From Phaeosaccion multiseriatum (lineage: Eukaryota > Protista > Ochrophyta, other classes), in NCBI GenBank assembly GCA_965112735.1, contig OZ218953.1:1674001-1738000 (forward strand): a DNA stretch of 64,000 nucleotides. Direction: 5' to 3'. A program made the translations under genes and the position numbers. Position 1 is the first letter of the stretch; the number at the start of each line of letters is the position of its first letter. Shown here piece by piece: positions 50,599 to 63,414 of the stretch. Under the pieces are notes generated by a model, which made no database searches, was not told the origin of the DNA, and saw nothing but the letters and a program-made list of their open reading frames with translations.

Positions 50599-51671
50599 CA
50601 AACGCCACACAGCGTTTTGTCACTGGGAAGAAGCGAAAGCTACGCTGGAGCGAGATACTACGGACCAGCAGCGGCCCTCTCAAGAGCCACGGTACCCCAG
50701 CCCCCTTTTCCTTCTTTTCCTCCTTTTTCTCCTCCTCTCTCTCTCGCTCCCTCACCCCTGACAGAAGCCCCTGCTTCCTCCAAGGCTTGCCCCTCTCGGG
50801 CCGAGCCAACAGCTCCAGACCCTCTCTGAAGAGCGAGCCTCTCTCTTTGGAGAACGAAAGGTAGCAGTCCCCAGCCTATACGGAAGCAAACAGATGGAAG
50901 GAGGGAGGGGGGAGGGGGGAGGGGGGGCCGAGAGAGAAGTGATGAGACGCTATCGAGTCTCACTTTACAAACGAACAAGCCAGTCCTTCTCTCCTCGAGT
51001 AGTCCCACTTTACAAACGAACAAGCTAGTCCTTTCTCCTAGAGTGCCGCAGTTGCCGACGAGTGAGTCAAGTGTGTGGCAACTCCTGCTGCTTCAGTTCT
51101 GCTGACTGGCTACCCCCCCTCTCCCTTTCCTCCCGTGTCCAGCACAAAGTGCAAGCAATCAATCAAGAAAGCAAGCCCACTGGTTGCTGGTAGTACTCGT
51201 CTCCTCTCTAAGAGTAATATAGTGTCTACCCCCCACCAACCTTGCCGAAGGACAAGCCTGTCTCTGCCCCTGCCCTCTCTCCCCCTCCTGTGGCACCGCC
51301 GCTGCTCGTCATCGACTTGGCCTCCTGCACATCGAAGTCGACAGAGGGCAGAGGGCAGAGGCAGGCAGTGTACAGCCAACATAGAAGGGACCCAATCCAT
51401 GCACGCACACACATGCGCGCAACACGCAAACACACACATGCACGCACGCACGCACGCACGCACCAGGCGTGAAAGAGCCCCATAGATCCTCCCAATCTGC
51501 GCATTGAGGTCTGTGAGGAAGGCCTTTAATCGGCTGAAGCGCTGCCCCTCTAGGGCCTCCACAGTGCTCCACAGAGCACGCTCTTTGCGCTGACACTCGG
51601 CCGCCTCCACGGAGAGAGACTCCTTTTTGTTTAGAAGGAGGAGGGGAGGGGAGGAAGAGCCATCAAGAATT

Positions 51672-51728
<57 letters not shown>

Positions 51729-54287
51729 CTGCACAACAACGCATGTGCAGAAGCGAGCACAAAAGACGAGAGAAGACTAACTCTGAGATGCTTGGCAGAT
51801 TTGACAGGCGCTCTACATCGCCACTTCATGCGGATCCTCTCTTCCCCTCATACCTGCTCCTCAACGAGTCTGGCGTGCTCTTTCAACGCCTGTCAGAGCG
51901 AAGGGGCCACCGGGGAAGGATATTCAGGTTCAGGGCGGGCGAAGGGGAGGGGGAAAGAGAGAGAGCGAGAGAGCGAGAGAGGGAGAGGGAGAGGGAGCGA
52001 GCGAGAGAGAGAAGAAGATGAGAGAGAGGGGATGAGGGAGAGAGAGCTCAAACATAAAAAACCTAAGCTCACTAAGCAGCCCTGAGGGATGTGTGGGGGA
52101 CGGGCATCCTTCCTTCCTTCCTTCATTTCCTTCCTTCCTTCCCTCCAACCCCCCCTTCCTTCCTTCCTTACCTCATGGTCGATGCAGTCTCGCTGCCCCT
52201 TGATCTCCTTCTCCTGTGCCGTCAGCAATCGCACCTCCTTCGCCACCTCTGCCTCAAAGGCGCGTCTCCCTCTGCGTGCGTACAAGTCCCGCAGCTTCTG
52301 CTCGCGCCTCGCTACTTCCTTTCCACCTACTTGTTGCCGACTCCTGTCCTCCTTTCGCCCCCTATCAACGTCCTTCTCCGCTCTCCCTCCGCGTCCTCCT
52401 CCCCCTCTTCCTCCTGTCCCCTCCTCTTCGCTAGCGGAGCCATCGCTCCTGCAAATCATCATGCTGCTGACCACGGTGTCGTCATCACGCTCCTCTTGCT
52501 TCTCGCTCTCCTCCTCCTTCCTCACACTTGCCAACTCCTTCTGCGCCTCCTTCGCCTCTCTCTTGGCACTCGCCTCCCCCCTGTGACACCTCTCGAGCTC
52601 TGTGGTGAGCTCAGCCCGTTCCGCGGCCGCCGCCGCCAGACTCCGCTTGGTCTTCCGAAGCCCCGCCGAGATCGAAGTGGTAAGGTCTAGCGAGGAGAAG
52701 AAGAGTGACATTGATGAGATGGTATAGATCTACGAGCGATTCCGCACGTAAGCCCGCACACACGCACGCATACACGCACGCACTAACACACACACAAGAA
52801 AAGACCCAGTCGGAAGGAAGCCTGCCTTCGTCTCTTCGTCTTCCACCCATCCCATCCCATCATGGTTTTGGTCCTCCTCCCTCCGTCTGTCGCTCCCCCG
52901 TTGCTTTTCCTGACTCTCTCACCTAGTGCACTCTGAAGCCGACGCCCCTCCTCCTTCAGGTCCTCTTTACCCTCCTTTAGCCGCTCCAGCAGCCTCTCTT
53001 CCTCCTGTCCCCAAGCCTTCGCCTCCACCTCGGCCCTGTGTAGGCGCTCCGTACGCGCTGGGATGTGGCGTTTCACCGCCGACAGCGACAAGCGGGCATT
53101 GAGCAGGTCCTTCCTCAGCGCTTGCTGCTCTGCCTTGATACGGGCGAGCGTCGAAGCATGCGACTCTCTCTCCCCCTCGACTGCTGTGGACTCCCGCTTC
53201 TTCGGCTCCAGCAGTAGCAGTTGCTTCCGTTGCTCCTCCTCCTTGCGCTTCACGGCCACGAGCAGCGCAGCCCCCCCCTGGGCGGCATCCTCACCCTCAC
53301 CCTGTGTGCGCCTCTCTTTGAGCTCGACCAGTTCGGCAAGAGCGCTCCTCACCGCGGCCTCGGACACTCGAGTCGCCTCTTCCAATCGAGCAACAAGCGC
53401 ACCAGTACCGCCTCCTTGCTTCTGCTGCTGTTGGCGGTGGTGCTGCACATTGTTAGAGACGTTGTCGTAAGACTGCTCCAACTCCTCTAGCTCGATCTGC
53501 ACGGCCGACAGGCGCGCCAGCAGCGAGTCAAGCGTGGCGCGGCCTTCTCGGTACTCCTCTGCCATGCGCTGCCATCTCTCCGTCAGCCGAGAGGCCTCTG
53601 CTGCGGCAGCCACGGCTCTTTCTTGTCGCTCCTTCGCTGTGGGCCTCTTCTGCTGTACCACCAACTGCTGCTGCTGCTGCTGCTGGAGGTCATCGCCACT
53701 GTTCTTCTTGAAGGAAGCTTCTCCCTGTAGGGCGAACACCTCTCTGTGCCTGTGATCGCCGCTGAAGCCTGCTTGCCGGGATAGAACCGCTGCACCGTTG
53801 GGGAGAGAGAGACAGAGATAGAGAGAGAGAGGGAGAGAGAGAAAGAAAAGCCTGAATATGTCATTTTGCACACAAGGGGGGCAATCGCACGCACGCACTG
53901 ACCCACTCTTCTCCCAGCCTCAAAACACTACCCCCCGCCGCTGCCACTCGACCCACACCCCCTCAACACAACATGCTCACCTCGCTCTCCGTCAGCCTTG
54001 AGTATCTCCCCGTTTAGAGAGATGATGTTCGGCAGCGAGCGTTTCCCTATGCCGCCCCCGTACCCCTTCCCGTCATGTTGTCGCCCCCTCCTGTGCTGTT
54101 CACGCAGCCGCAGAGCATCCGATCTGGCACCGCCGAAAGGAAGTACAACAGTTTGAAGTTTCGTTTTCGCCCAGCACAGGGAGGAGTACCATTTGGGTGG
54201 GTGGGGTTGGGAGATGGATAGGGGTGTTGGCTTTATTTTTCTCTCACAGCAGTCCCAGACCTATCGCCCGCACCGGCTCCCTCCCTC

Positions 54288-54355
<68 letters not shown>

Positions 54356-57300
54356 AAACACACACACACACACTCACACACACACTCACACAAGCACACA
54401 CGCACACACGCACACACCTGTCCCGGACCAGCAGCCAATGTGCCAGGTGGCGCTCAAAGGCCAAGAGAACATGAGGAGAGGCTGCCACAAAGTCCAGCAG
54501 GGATCTGCCGTGCTCCAACTCCCGTCCGACAGCGTCGATGGCAGCAGACGGAGGCGCCATACCTCGCCCGCTGGTGATCACCCCCTGTGTATGCGGAGCG
54601 GCATGAGTAGGCAAGAGGGAAGGAGAGCAAGAGAGCAAGATGGTAAGATATGATCGATCCACGCTTTGTGAGGCACCATTCATCAGGACAGCGGAACGCG
54701 TGACTGCAGGAAATGTCGAGGGGTACTCAGCTCTCTCTCTCGATGTCTTTCTCTCCCTCTCTCCCTCTCTCTCTCAGCTCTGTCAGCCAACACACTGCAC
54801 CGACCGCACTCACTCACGCGCTTACCCACCCTCTGCTGTGCAGGCCCCTCCTGATGACCGACAAAGGTGCCTCCCCCTAGCCCTGGCCTCGGGCCGAGCT
54901 CTTGAAGTATGTCGCACCGGAGGCTGGACAACCGAAGCTGACGCCCGAGACGGATCACACGCTCGCCATCTGCGCGAGTGGACACCACAACTGGGGGGGG
55001 AGGGGTGGGGGGGCAGCGCACACGCACACGCACACGCACACGCACACGCACCCAGCCACCAACAACAAGCAGCAAGCGTTTAGCTAGCTTGAGGGAGAGG
55101 AGGAGGATGGCTCCGGTCATTAGCCCGACAGGGGAGGGGCAGGGGAGGAGGGCGAGGGGCGCGGGGCGCACATTCATTCAACTCGCGGCATTGTACTCAA
55201 TGAAGTACCTGTGGATCGCAGCAGTCCCGCGCTCCGCAAGACTTTGTTGACCGCACATTGATCGCCGAAAGACCCTCCACTTTCCCCGCTCTTGCTTGCC
55301 GTCCTGGCTTTATCCGCGAGCAGTGACCGCCCCAGATCCACCAGAAGCCCAAGCACCCCCGCCACGCCTCCATTTTGTCCGTCCACCATCCCCCCCTCCT
55401 CCTTCTGCTCCTCCTGTTGTAGGCTGCTGACAAGCTGTCGCATCGTAGCGAGGCGTTGTGCCTCCGTCTGCTGACCTGCCGATCCGACTCGCCCTCTCAC
55501 AGCCCACCCGCCCTGACCCCTCCTCACCCTCCCGCCCTCGGCCCCCTCCGCCCCCTCCTCCTCCTCCTCCTCCTCCTGCTGCTGCTGCTGCTGCTGTTGT
55601 TTCTGCTCTCGTGCGTGGTCTTGCCTCATATCATGGGCTTGCTGCAGTGCAGCGCTTAGACTGGCGTTGTGCTCCTCTGCCCTCTTCAGTCCAGCCTGGA
55701 GCTTACCGCGCTCTTCAAGTAGGAGGGTCCGCCTGAAAAGCAAGACAAAGCAACGCAAAGCAAACTAAAGCATGTCAGCCGTTGAACAAGGACGGGTTGA
55801 TTGCTTGACCGACTGACCGGCTGACCGACTGACCGACTGACCGACCTTGCCTGTGTACGACGGACCTCCTCCTTGGCGAGAGACAGACGCTCCTCCGCTC
55901 TCTCCTGCCTGTGCTCAGCGATTGCAAGCGACGCAGCGACGGGGGAGGTGTGAGGGGAGGGTTGATCGGCGCCTTGCTGAAATGCAAAGCATATGGGGCT
56001 CGACTCAGACGGATGGGCGAACGCGTTCTGATCATGATGGAATGACGACAACAAGGCCGCTCCACAGTCACCAAGACAATTCATATCTGGGCTCTCTGTG
56101 CAGCCGACCACCGATCACACCTGCTCGTCTCCCTCTGGTGCGTGGCTGCTGCCGCCTTGATGGATCTGTCCAGCGCAGCCCTCTGTCTGAGTATATTTGC
56201 CTCTCCCCCTGCCTTCTGCAGCCGCTTCCGCAACACGGCAAGTTCGCCCTGCAGCTCTGGGGAAGGAGGAACAAAACAAGTGCGCGAGGTGCACGCACAC
56301 ACACACACACGGGCGCACGCACCCACATGCACCACAAATACACACATACGCAGGAGCGTAAGCACGCATGCGAGTCCGTCGATGTAGAGAGCTTTTCAGC
56401 AGATGAAGCCCTTCGTTCGACTTTGTACTACCCCTGCTTTTCTCGAGCGACAGATTGAGTACCTTCGAGCTTGCGAGCTGCCTCGGGGTTTCGGACCTTG
56501 GGCTGCGAGGCCGCGAGCGCCTTCTCCCGTTTCACTTCAGCGGTGGCAATGGACGCCTGTGGGAGGAAGATTCGGGGGCGGACGGACGAACGGACCGACC
56601 GATTGATTGACTGACTGACTGACTGAGGTTTTCTGTTGGGCGCATCGTAAGTCATCTCTTGTTCGTCAACAAGCAAAAGGAAGTTATCACTCGGTTGACC
56701 TCTTGACCCACCCACTTAGCACACGCCTCAGCCAGTCCCGCCGCGGAGCCAGTCAGGTGCGCGAACCACTCTCCCACACTCGCAATCAACTCTTCACTCA
56801 ACTCAACGAAAACACGCAATCTCCACTGTGCAACCAAAAACAGTCGTATGTACCGCACTCCCACTCTTCTTGGCACTCTTGTCGTACCTGTCGCTGGAGA
56901 GTCTCTTCTTGGAGGTTCCAGCGCTGCACGGAGCTCTCGAGATTGAGCAACTTGGCCTTGTCCTCCGCCAAGAAGGCTCTTAGCTTCTTTTGGGCCTTGG
57001 TATTGCTGCTCTTGCTGCGCCGGCCCTAGGAAGTAGTTGGTTAGATAGTATAGCAGGGTACCAGAATGAAAGAAGTCGAAACAAAGAGTCGCAGCAGCAA
57101 CAATGAGGGAGAGTCCCCACGACAAAGTCAGGGTTTCGGGGCGGGGGGGGGGTGTAGTGAGGTGAGGGGATAGAGGAGCTATGTTAGGCATGGTGACCAG
57201 TAGTGCAGTGTTCGCTTTGCTAGCTAGACGCAGCCGACCACAGCCACAGTCAATGAATGGCAGTGGATGGGGATGAATGGATTCGGTTCGCCTACTCACT

Positions 57301-59133
57301 TGTGCAAGCTTCGCCTGATGCTCCCCTGTACTTGCGCGCAGGTCCACGACTCGAGTCTGCGCCTCTCGCTCTCGAGCTTTGCCCTGCTGGAGGGCCGCTG
57401 CCTGCTCAGCAGCTTCTTCGGAGAGGGGCTTGTTGTCCTCCTGCCCAACACGCGCACACGCACACGCACACGCACACGCACACGCACACGCACACGCACA
57501 AGAGGAGAGAGCAATGAGGCCACCGCCGAGCAAGCATGCCCTCCTCATGCCTTCTCTGTCTGTCTCCCTCTCCCTCTCCCTCTCCCTCTCCCTCTCCCTC
57601 TTCCTCTTCCTCCCCCCCCCCTCCCTCTCTCACTCCCCCTATCTTTCTCTTGCCCACCCATCAAGCCGCAGAAGCCGGCCCATATGCCTGCCCATATGCC
57701 TGCCCATATGCCTGTCACCCCCCCCCCCCCCCGCCCCCCTCATGCCTCTGCTCGCACCAAGCACACACGCACCTCTTTCCGACGGACTTGAAGGGCGAGG
57801 CTCTTCCCCTCCTTCTCCAGCGCCTCCAGCTTGGTGCGCGCCTCCCGCTCAACAGCCTCCGCCCCAATTCTCCTCATCGCCCACACCTTCCTCCGACTGC
57901 TCCGAAGCTCCTCCTCCGCCCTCTGCAGGCGCTCGAACTGTGCGACTGCGGGGGAGAGGAGGGCTTGGCGTGCAGCCGCCTAGTTGGTCAGTTGGTGGTA
58001 CAGTGTTGTGGGGTATACACATGGGCCATCAAGCATGCCCGCCGGCCAGGAAGAGGAGGCTTAGTGTCAGGATACACAGGGCGAGGAAGGAGCAGGGAAG
58101 GGGCAGGGAAGCGCAAGGGAAGGGCAAGGAAAGGGCACGGGATGTATATCTGCTTGACATGATGCCTGCTGGACACATGTCATCCAGTGTCATCCTTACC
58201 TGCTGGACCTTGACCTTGAGGGAGATTCCGAGGGCATGCAAGTCGTCGATATCGCGATTGGCCTCCACTACGCGCAGTCTCGCCTCCTTCCAATCAAGTT
58301 AAGACCACGTGTCAAACGCCCAGGGGAAGAGTATATGTGCGTGTTAATGTGGGAGATGTATCAAGAAGAGTGTTCATTCGTTGCGCGACACACCAGCCCA
58401 GATGGGGTGTCCACAGTAAGCGAGCACAGCGTCAGCCACCATCACCACAGCCTAATTCGCAACCCGCAGTCAACCCGCCGCCACTTTTCTGCCTCCTTGC
58501 TCCAGCCCCGGAGCAAGCTTCCTTGTTGCCTGCGTTGCCTTTGTTGCCTTTGTTGCCCGCCTGTGCTCTGCTGTGCTCTGCTGTGCTCTGCTGTGCTCTG
58601 CTGTGCTCTGCTGTGCTCTGCTGTGCTCTGCTGTGCTCTGCTGTGCTGTGCTGTACTATACTGTACTCACCTCAGTGCCGGCAATCTTCTCGAAGAAGTT
58701 GAGCAGGGACAGATTGTCCAAGCGCTGTGCGACGGACACCGCCCCCTGCCGCGCCACGTATGCGTCCGTGTTGCGCAAGTCGAACCCCGCAAAGGCGTTG
58801 AGTCGAGTCATCATGCCTCCCAAAGAAGTCGTCGCCGCCGTCCCTGCCTTGTTGTTGCGTCCTCTCTTCGTTCCCACGCGCACGCGCCCTCCTGCGCACG
58901 CTTCTGCTGCTACTCCGGCTGCTGTATCACCAACTGCTTCTATCTCATCACCAGACACTGCTCCTGATCGTGGCTCATCCGTCTGACCTCCCCCCCCCCC
59001 TTCCATCTTCCTCGACCTCTTTCTCTTTCTCGGAGGAGAGGCACATGCGGCGGCTGGTGGCGCGGGGGCGGGAGTCCCGGGCACCAGAGCCTCCTTGGGG
59101 CATCCACCGACCCCTCCATCCCCCTCTTCGCCC

Positions 59134-59191
<58 letters not shown>

Positions 59192-59918
59192 GCTGCTGTT
59201 GCTGCTGCTGCTGCTGCTTCTGGTCCTTCTCCTGCTGTTGCTCCTTCTCCTGCTGTTGCTCCTCACTCCCACCTTCCCCACCATCGTCCGTGAGCCCGAT
59301 CTTTACCCCTCGAGCTACTTCTTCTCCTTCGGCCCCCCAGCCGAAGTCCTCCTCCTTGAGCGAGTAGACGGACTTTCCGGTGTCGTAGGACAATCTCCGA
59401 CCCGCCTCCACTGCTGCTACGAGCCTGCCCGCACCCCACTTCTCAAACCGAACCACAACGGAGGCTTCGACAGAAGCGCCGTTTTCTGTCTTGTTGCTCC
59501 CTCTCTGGCGCCTCCTCTGTTGTTGTTGTTGTTGTTGTTGCTCTTCCTCCCACTCCTCTTCGTCGTCGCCGTCATCCTCCTCACCATCTTGGTTGTTTTC
59601 CTCGTCGCTACAAGCATTGACACCGTCGTCAGCTCCGCCCCCATCTGCTCCTCTCGAAAGGAGATCATTGTGCGCCTTGACGAGGGCCTGGTTCACCACC
59701 TCCTTTACCGATGCACCTCGCCTGCCACTCCCGAGCACAAAAAGTAAGCCTTCGATCACTGCGGACTTGCCCGTGCCGTTTGCCCCCAAAAGACAGGACA
59801 GGGGCGTGGACCGTTGTTGATCCTGCTGCCGCTCCTCCCACCCAGGAAGTAGGTCGATGCTGCATCTATCCTTGAAGCTAAGAAAGCCCTGGAGCTCCAC
59901 GCGACGCAGCAGAAGCAT
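49801..59918 (-). CDS. Divergent SMC-family (ABC-type ATPase) protein
   Basis: [10 protein letters not shown]; Walker [11 protein letters not shown]; Q-loop YVARQG; coiled coils; hinge-like [12 protein letters not shown] ... [14 protein letters not shown]; signature LSG-GQQ; Walker B/D-loop [12 protein letters not shown]; H-loop [11 protein letters not shown]. The stop is either 49801 (spliced) or 49895. Confidence 0.88.
58561..58650. repeat. 10-bp tandem repeat (ctgtgctctg)x9, first SMC intron
   Basis: Perfect tandem array. Confidence 0.95.
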
Positions 59919-60577
59919 TGTTCCTACAACCTGCTCCTTAGGTGGCCTACTGCGTCTGCTGCAGCTGCGGAGGGAAGAGGACCCGGTGTTGTTTGGCGGG
60001 AAGAACGCCTAGGCAGTAAAAAAGGCAGCCCGCTCGCCACACGACGCCTGTCGCGCTGACACGTCCACGACGACCCCTCCCTCTTCTCCTTCTCCGCTAC
60101 TATTGTGTTCAATGCTGAAGGAAGGGAGAGGTCTTGTCCCCTCTCCCGCCGATTGGTCTTCGGCCGGGTCTTGTGGTTCTCCGGCTGCCCGCTGTGAGTC
60201 TGGGCCCAGTTTCAGTTTTTCACCCCCCTTCCTCCTTCCTCCTTCTCTCCTTATAGCAGCGACACACCGAGCAGAAGCAAAGCTCTGCAACGTGGGGAGA
60301 TCAACGGTATTCATCTTAAGCGGGGATTGGGCCGGAAGTTCCAAGTTGATCCGTGGTTGTGAGCTAGACGCAAGCCAAAACAATGGACCAACGGCAACAA
60401 AAGGGAGAAAGTTGAGGAAAGAACAAGTGTGAGGAAAGGCGAGAAGTGAGAAACAGAGGATGGATTGAAAGAGTGGCCTAAGAGTCGGGTGGCTGTGGCG
60501 CGTCGGCTTTGAACGTGGGCGTCCATCTCAGCTAAGCTATACACCTTTGAGAGAGAGGGAGGGCAGTTGGATTCGCC

Positions 60578-63379
60578 ATGCTGCTCAAGATCAGAAAGAG
60601 GTTGGGCAACAACCGCAACACTGTGGACGGAAACAGCAGCCCACCACCTCTGCAGCAGCAGGAGAGCGAGGACTTAGCTTCGCCTACAGCAAGTGGAGGG
60701 AAGAAACCCAGCAGCAGCAGTAGCAGCAGCACCAGCACCAGCAGCAGATGGGGTGGTGTGGGTGGGCGCTTTGGAGGGACCGGTGGACAGGGTCATGTTG
60801 GGGGAGGGAAAGAAAATGCCACTGCGACTACAGCTGCTGATCCAGAGCTTCCTCTGAAGGAGGAGAAGGAGCAGGGGGCGGCCAAGAAGCCAACAAACGG
60901 CTCGGCAGGCTTGACTCCCTCACAGCGCCTGCTAAAGAGTCTGCGCCTGTCCCCTTGCGCGCTGGAAAGCGTCGTAGAGAGTCCTTCGAGCTTCGTGGAC
61001 GGAGAAGGAGTGGCACTGGATGTCGCGAGTCCGCAAAGCTCTGGGAGTGTCTTCACCGTCGACAAGGAGAAAGGGGAGGAGCAGGAGCAGCCGCAGGAGC
61101 GCAAGGCTGGCGAGGCGAGAGATGGTCTCAGCGAAGATGGCATCTTTGGGACTACCGACGACCCTACTCCTACCACGGTGGACTCGATGCTGCCTCTCAC
61201 CACGCACGAACAGAGCGACCACGTGCTACAGTCTTTCTTCTCCACTTCGCCCCCTCCGCACCCTCCTCCTCCTCCTCCCCCCCCTGCTCCTCCTCAAGCC
61301 GCTGATGCGGCAGTCATCATTGGGGGCGGGCCGGGGGTGTTCAACAGTACAGGCGGGACTCGAAGCCTCCCGGGTGGGGGCGGACTCCTCGACCCCGCCC
61401 GCCGGGGAAGGACACTCACCAGCGCGGTGGACTTCCGCGGACGCTTTTCAGAGTCAGGTATGCATGGATGTCGGTCAGAAAAGCATGGCTGACGAGGACA
61501 CACAATTAATCGAGCTCTTCCCTCCAGCTGCCTCACACCGCCCCCTCCGCTTCCAACACCGTGTGTCGTGCTGCTTCTCGGCCTCACGTGACGCCGAACC
61601 TACCCATGAACAACAGAGAAAAGCACGACAGCACCAGCAGGAGGAATAGCAGCAGTTGGTGATACAGCAGCAGCCGCAGCAGCAGCAGCAGAAGCAGCAG
61701 CAGCGGGTGGGGGGAGCGACTCGCTCGCGGCGGGGGCAGCAGGCGTAGGCGGGGACATGGGCCCAGGAGGGAGGAGGTACACCGTCATGTCACTGGATAT
61801 TCCCTGCAGCATCTCCACCACGTCCTCGGTGGACGACAGCAGTGGGCCCTACGGGTACCTACAGACCGGCCTGAGCAGCAGCGTGCTCGGCACCCCCTTC
61901 AACAGCACAGGAGGAAACAGCAGAACGGGTGGTGGTGGAGGAGGGGGGGGTCATGGTACCAGCGGTATCGCACACAGCATGTCGTTCTCGTCGGTCGCCT
62001 CTTCCCCCGTGGGCAAAGCTCACCACCCTCATAGCCAGCGACGGGCAGGAGGGGGCGCGGGAGGGGGAGGGCAGCAGGGCAAATCGGGAGGGGTGGGCAG
62101 TGTCCTGACGAGTGGTCTCTTCTCTCCATCCAAGAGGAGCCGTGGCGGCGGGGCGGGGGCGGGGGCTGGGACTCCTGTTGGCTCCCCCCGGGGGGCGTAC
62201 CTCTCTTCTTCCTCCACTTTGGTGCGATCCAGTTCTGTTTTCTCTTTTGGAAGGAGTGGGGGGGGGGGGGGAGGAGGTTCTGCCTTTCCAGGAGGAGGGG
62301 GAGGAGGAGCAGGCACGTGTAGCAGCAGTAGCAGGGGCAGCAGCAGCAGCAGCAGAAGTAACTTGCTGAGACAGCAGTCCTCGTCGTCGTCTTCGAGCTT
62401 CCACCGCAGCTTCATTCTGGAGACGCAAACGAGGAAGTGGCAAACACGCACGCTTGCCTCATTCTTGCCGGACTTCTTGCTGCGTGACTTTCTGGAGAAC
62501 CACGCCAAGCAGGGCTACGTGTGGGGTCAGGAGCCGGGCATGAAGGAGTGCCATGGCGCCATCGCCATGATGGATCTGTGTGGCTTCACAAGACTGGCGG
62601 AGGACCTGAATCAACTCGACGCGGGAGGGGGGCTCCTGGCACCGCCGCCGCCCCTGAGCGGAGGGGATGGGGCGGGAGGAGGCGCAACCGTTTCAGCCAC
62701 GGCTGCTGCTACAGCTGAAGCGACAATGGCAGCGGCAAGGACAAGGACGAGAGTTGGGGGCACGGCCGGCGACCCCTCTTTTGTGTCTGCTCGTGCTGCA
62801 GATGGGATAGTGGAGGAGAGGGCAGCGGGACAACAGCAGGGCACCCCGGGGGGCAAGAGGAAGCGGCGCAGGAGTAGCGAAGGCTCCCGGGGAGAGGAGG
62901 AGGAGGAGGAGGAGGAGGAGGAGGAGGAGGAGGAGCAACGGGGAGAGACAGCAGCGGAACAAGCCAGCGACCCCCCTTCGGCTGTTGCATCCCACTCAGC
63001 AGCCGCAGCAGTTGGTAATACAGCAGCAGCGAGTGGTGCTAGTGTCGCAAGCAGCTCCATGGGGTGCGTGGGAGGAGGTGGTGTCTCTTATGTGTCCTCC
63101 TCTCGCCCGGAGAGGGTAGGGTCCAGACGCCGCAGTCTGAGTCTTTCGCCGAGCAAAATTGCCATTTGTCGGAGTGGGGTGGGCGGCACATTGGAAGTTT
63201 GTTGTCCGCCGGTGGTGGTAAGTGGTACCTCGGATAACAACGAGAAGGCACAGCACATCGAGCCACCACCCCGTGAGAGTCACAGAGAGCGAGCAGACAC
63301 ACTGCCTTCACACGAGGGCCAGTTACAGAAACAGCAGCAACGGCGGCCTCAGATACCACTCCCGGATCAGGGGGTGATA

Positions 63380-63414
<35 letters not shown>

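Noticed and set aside
50957-51043. ~44-bp direct duplication in an SMC intron
   Set aside because: Simple local slippage duplicate with no coding or splice consequence evident.
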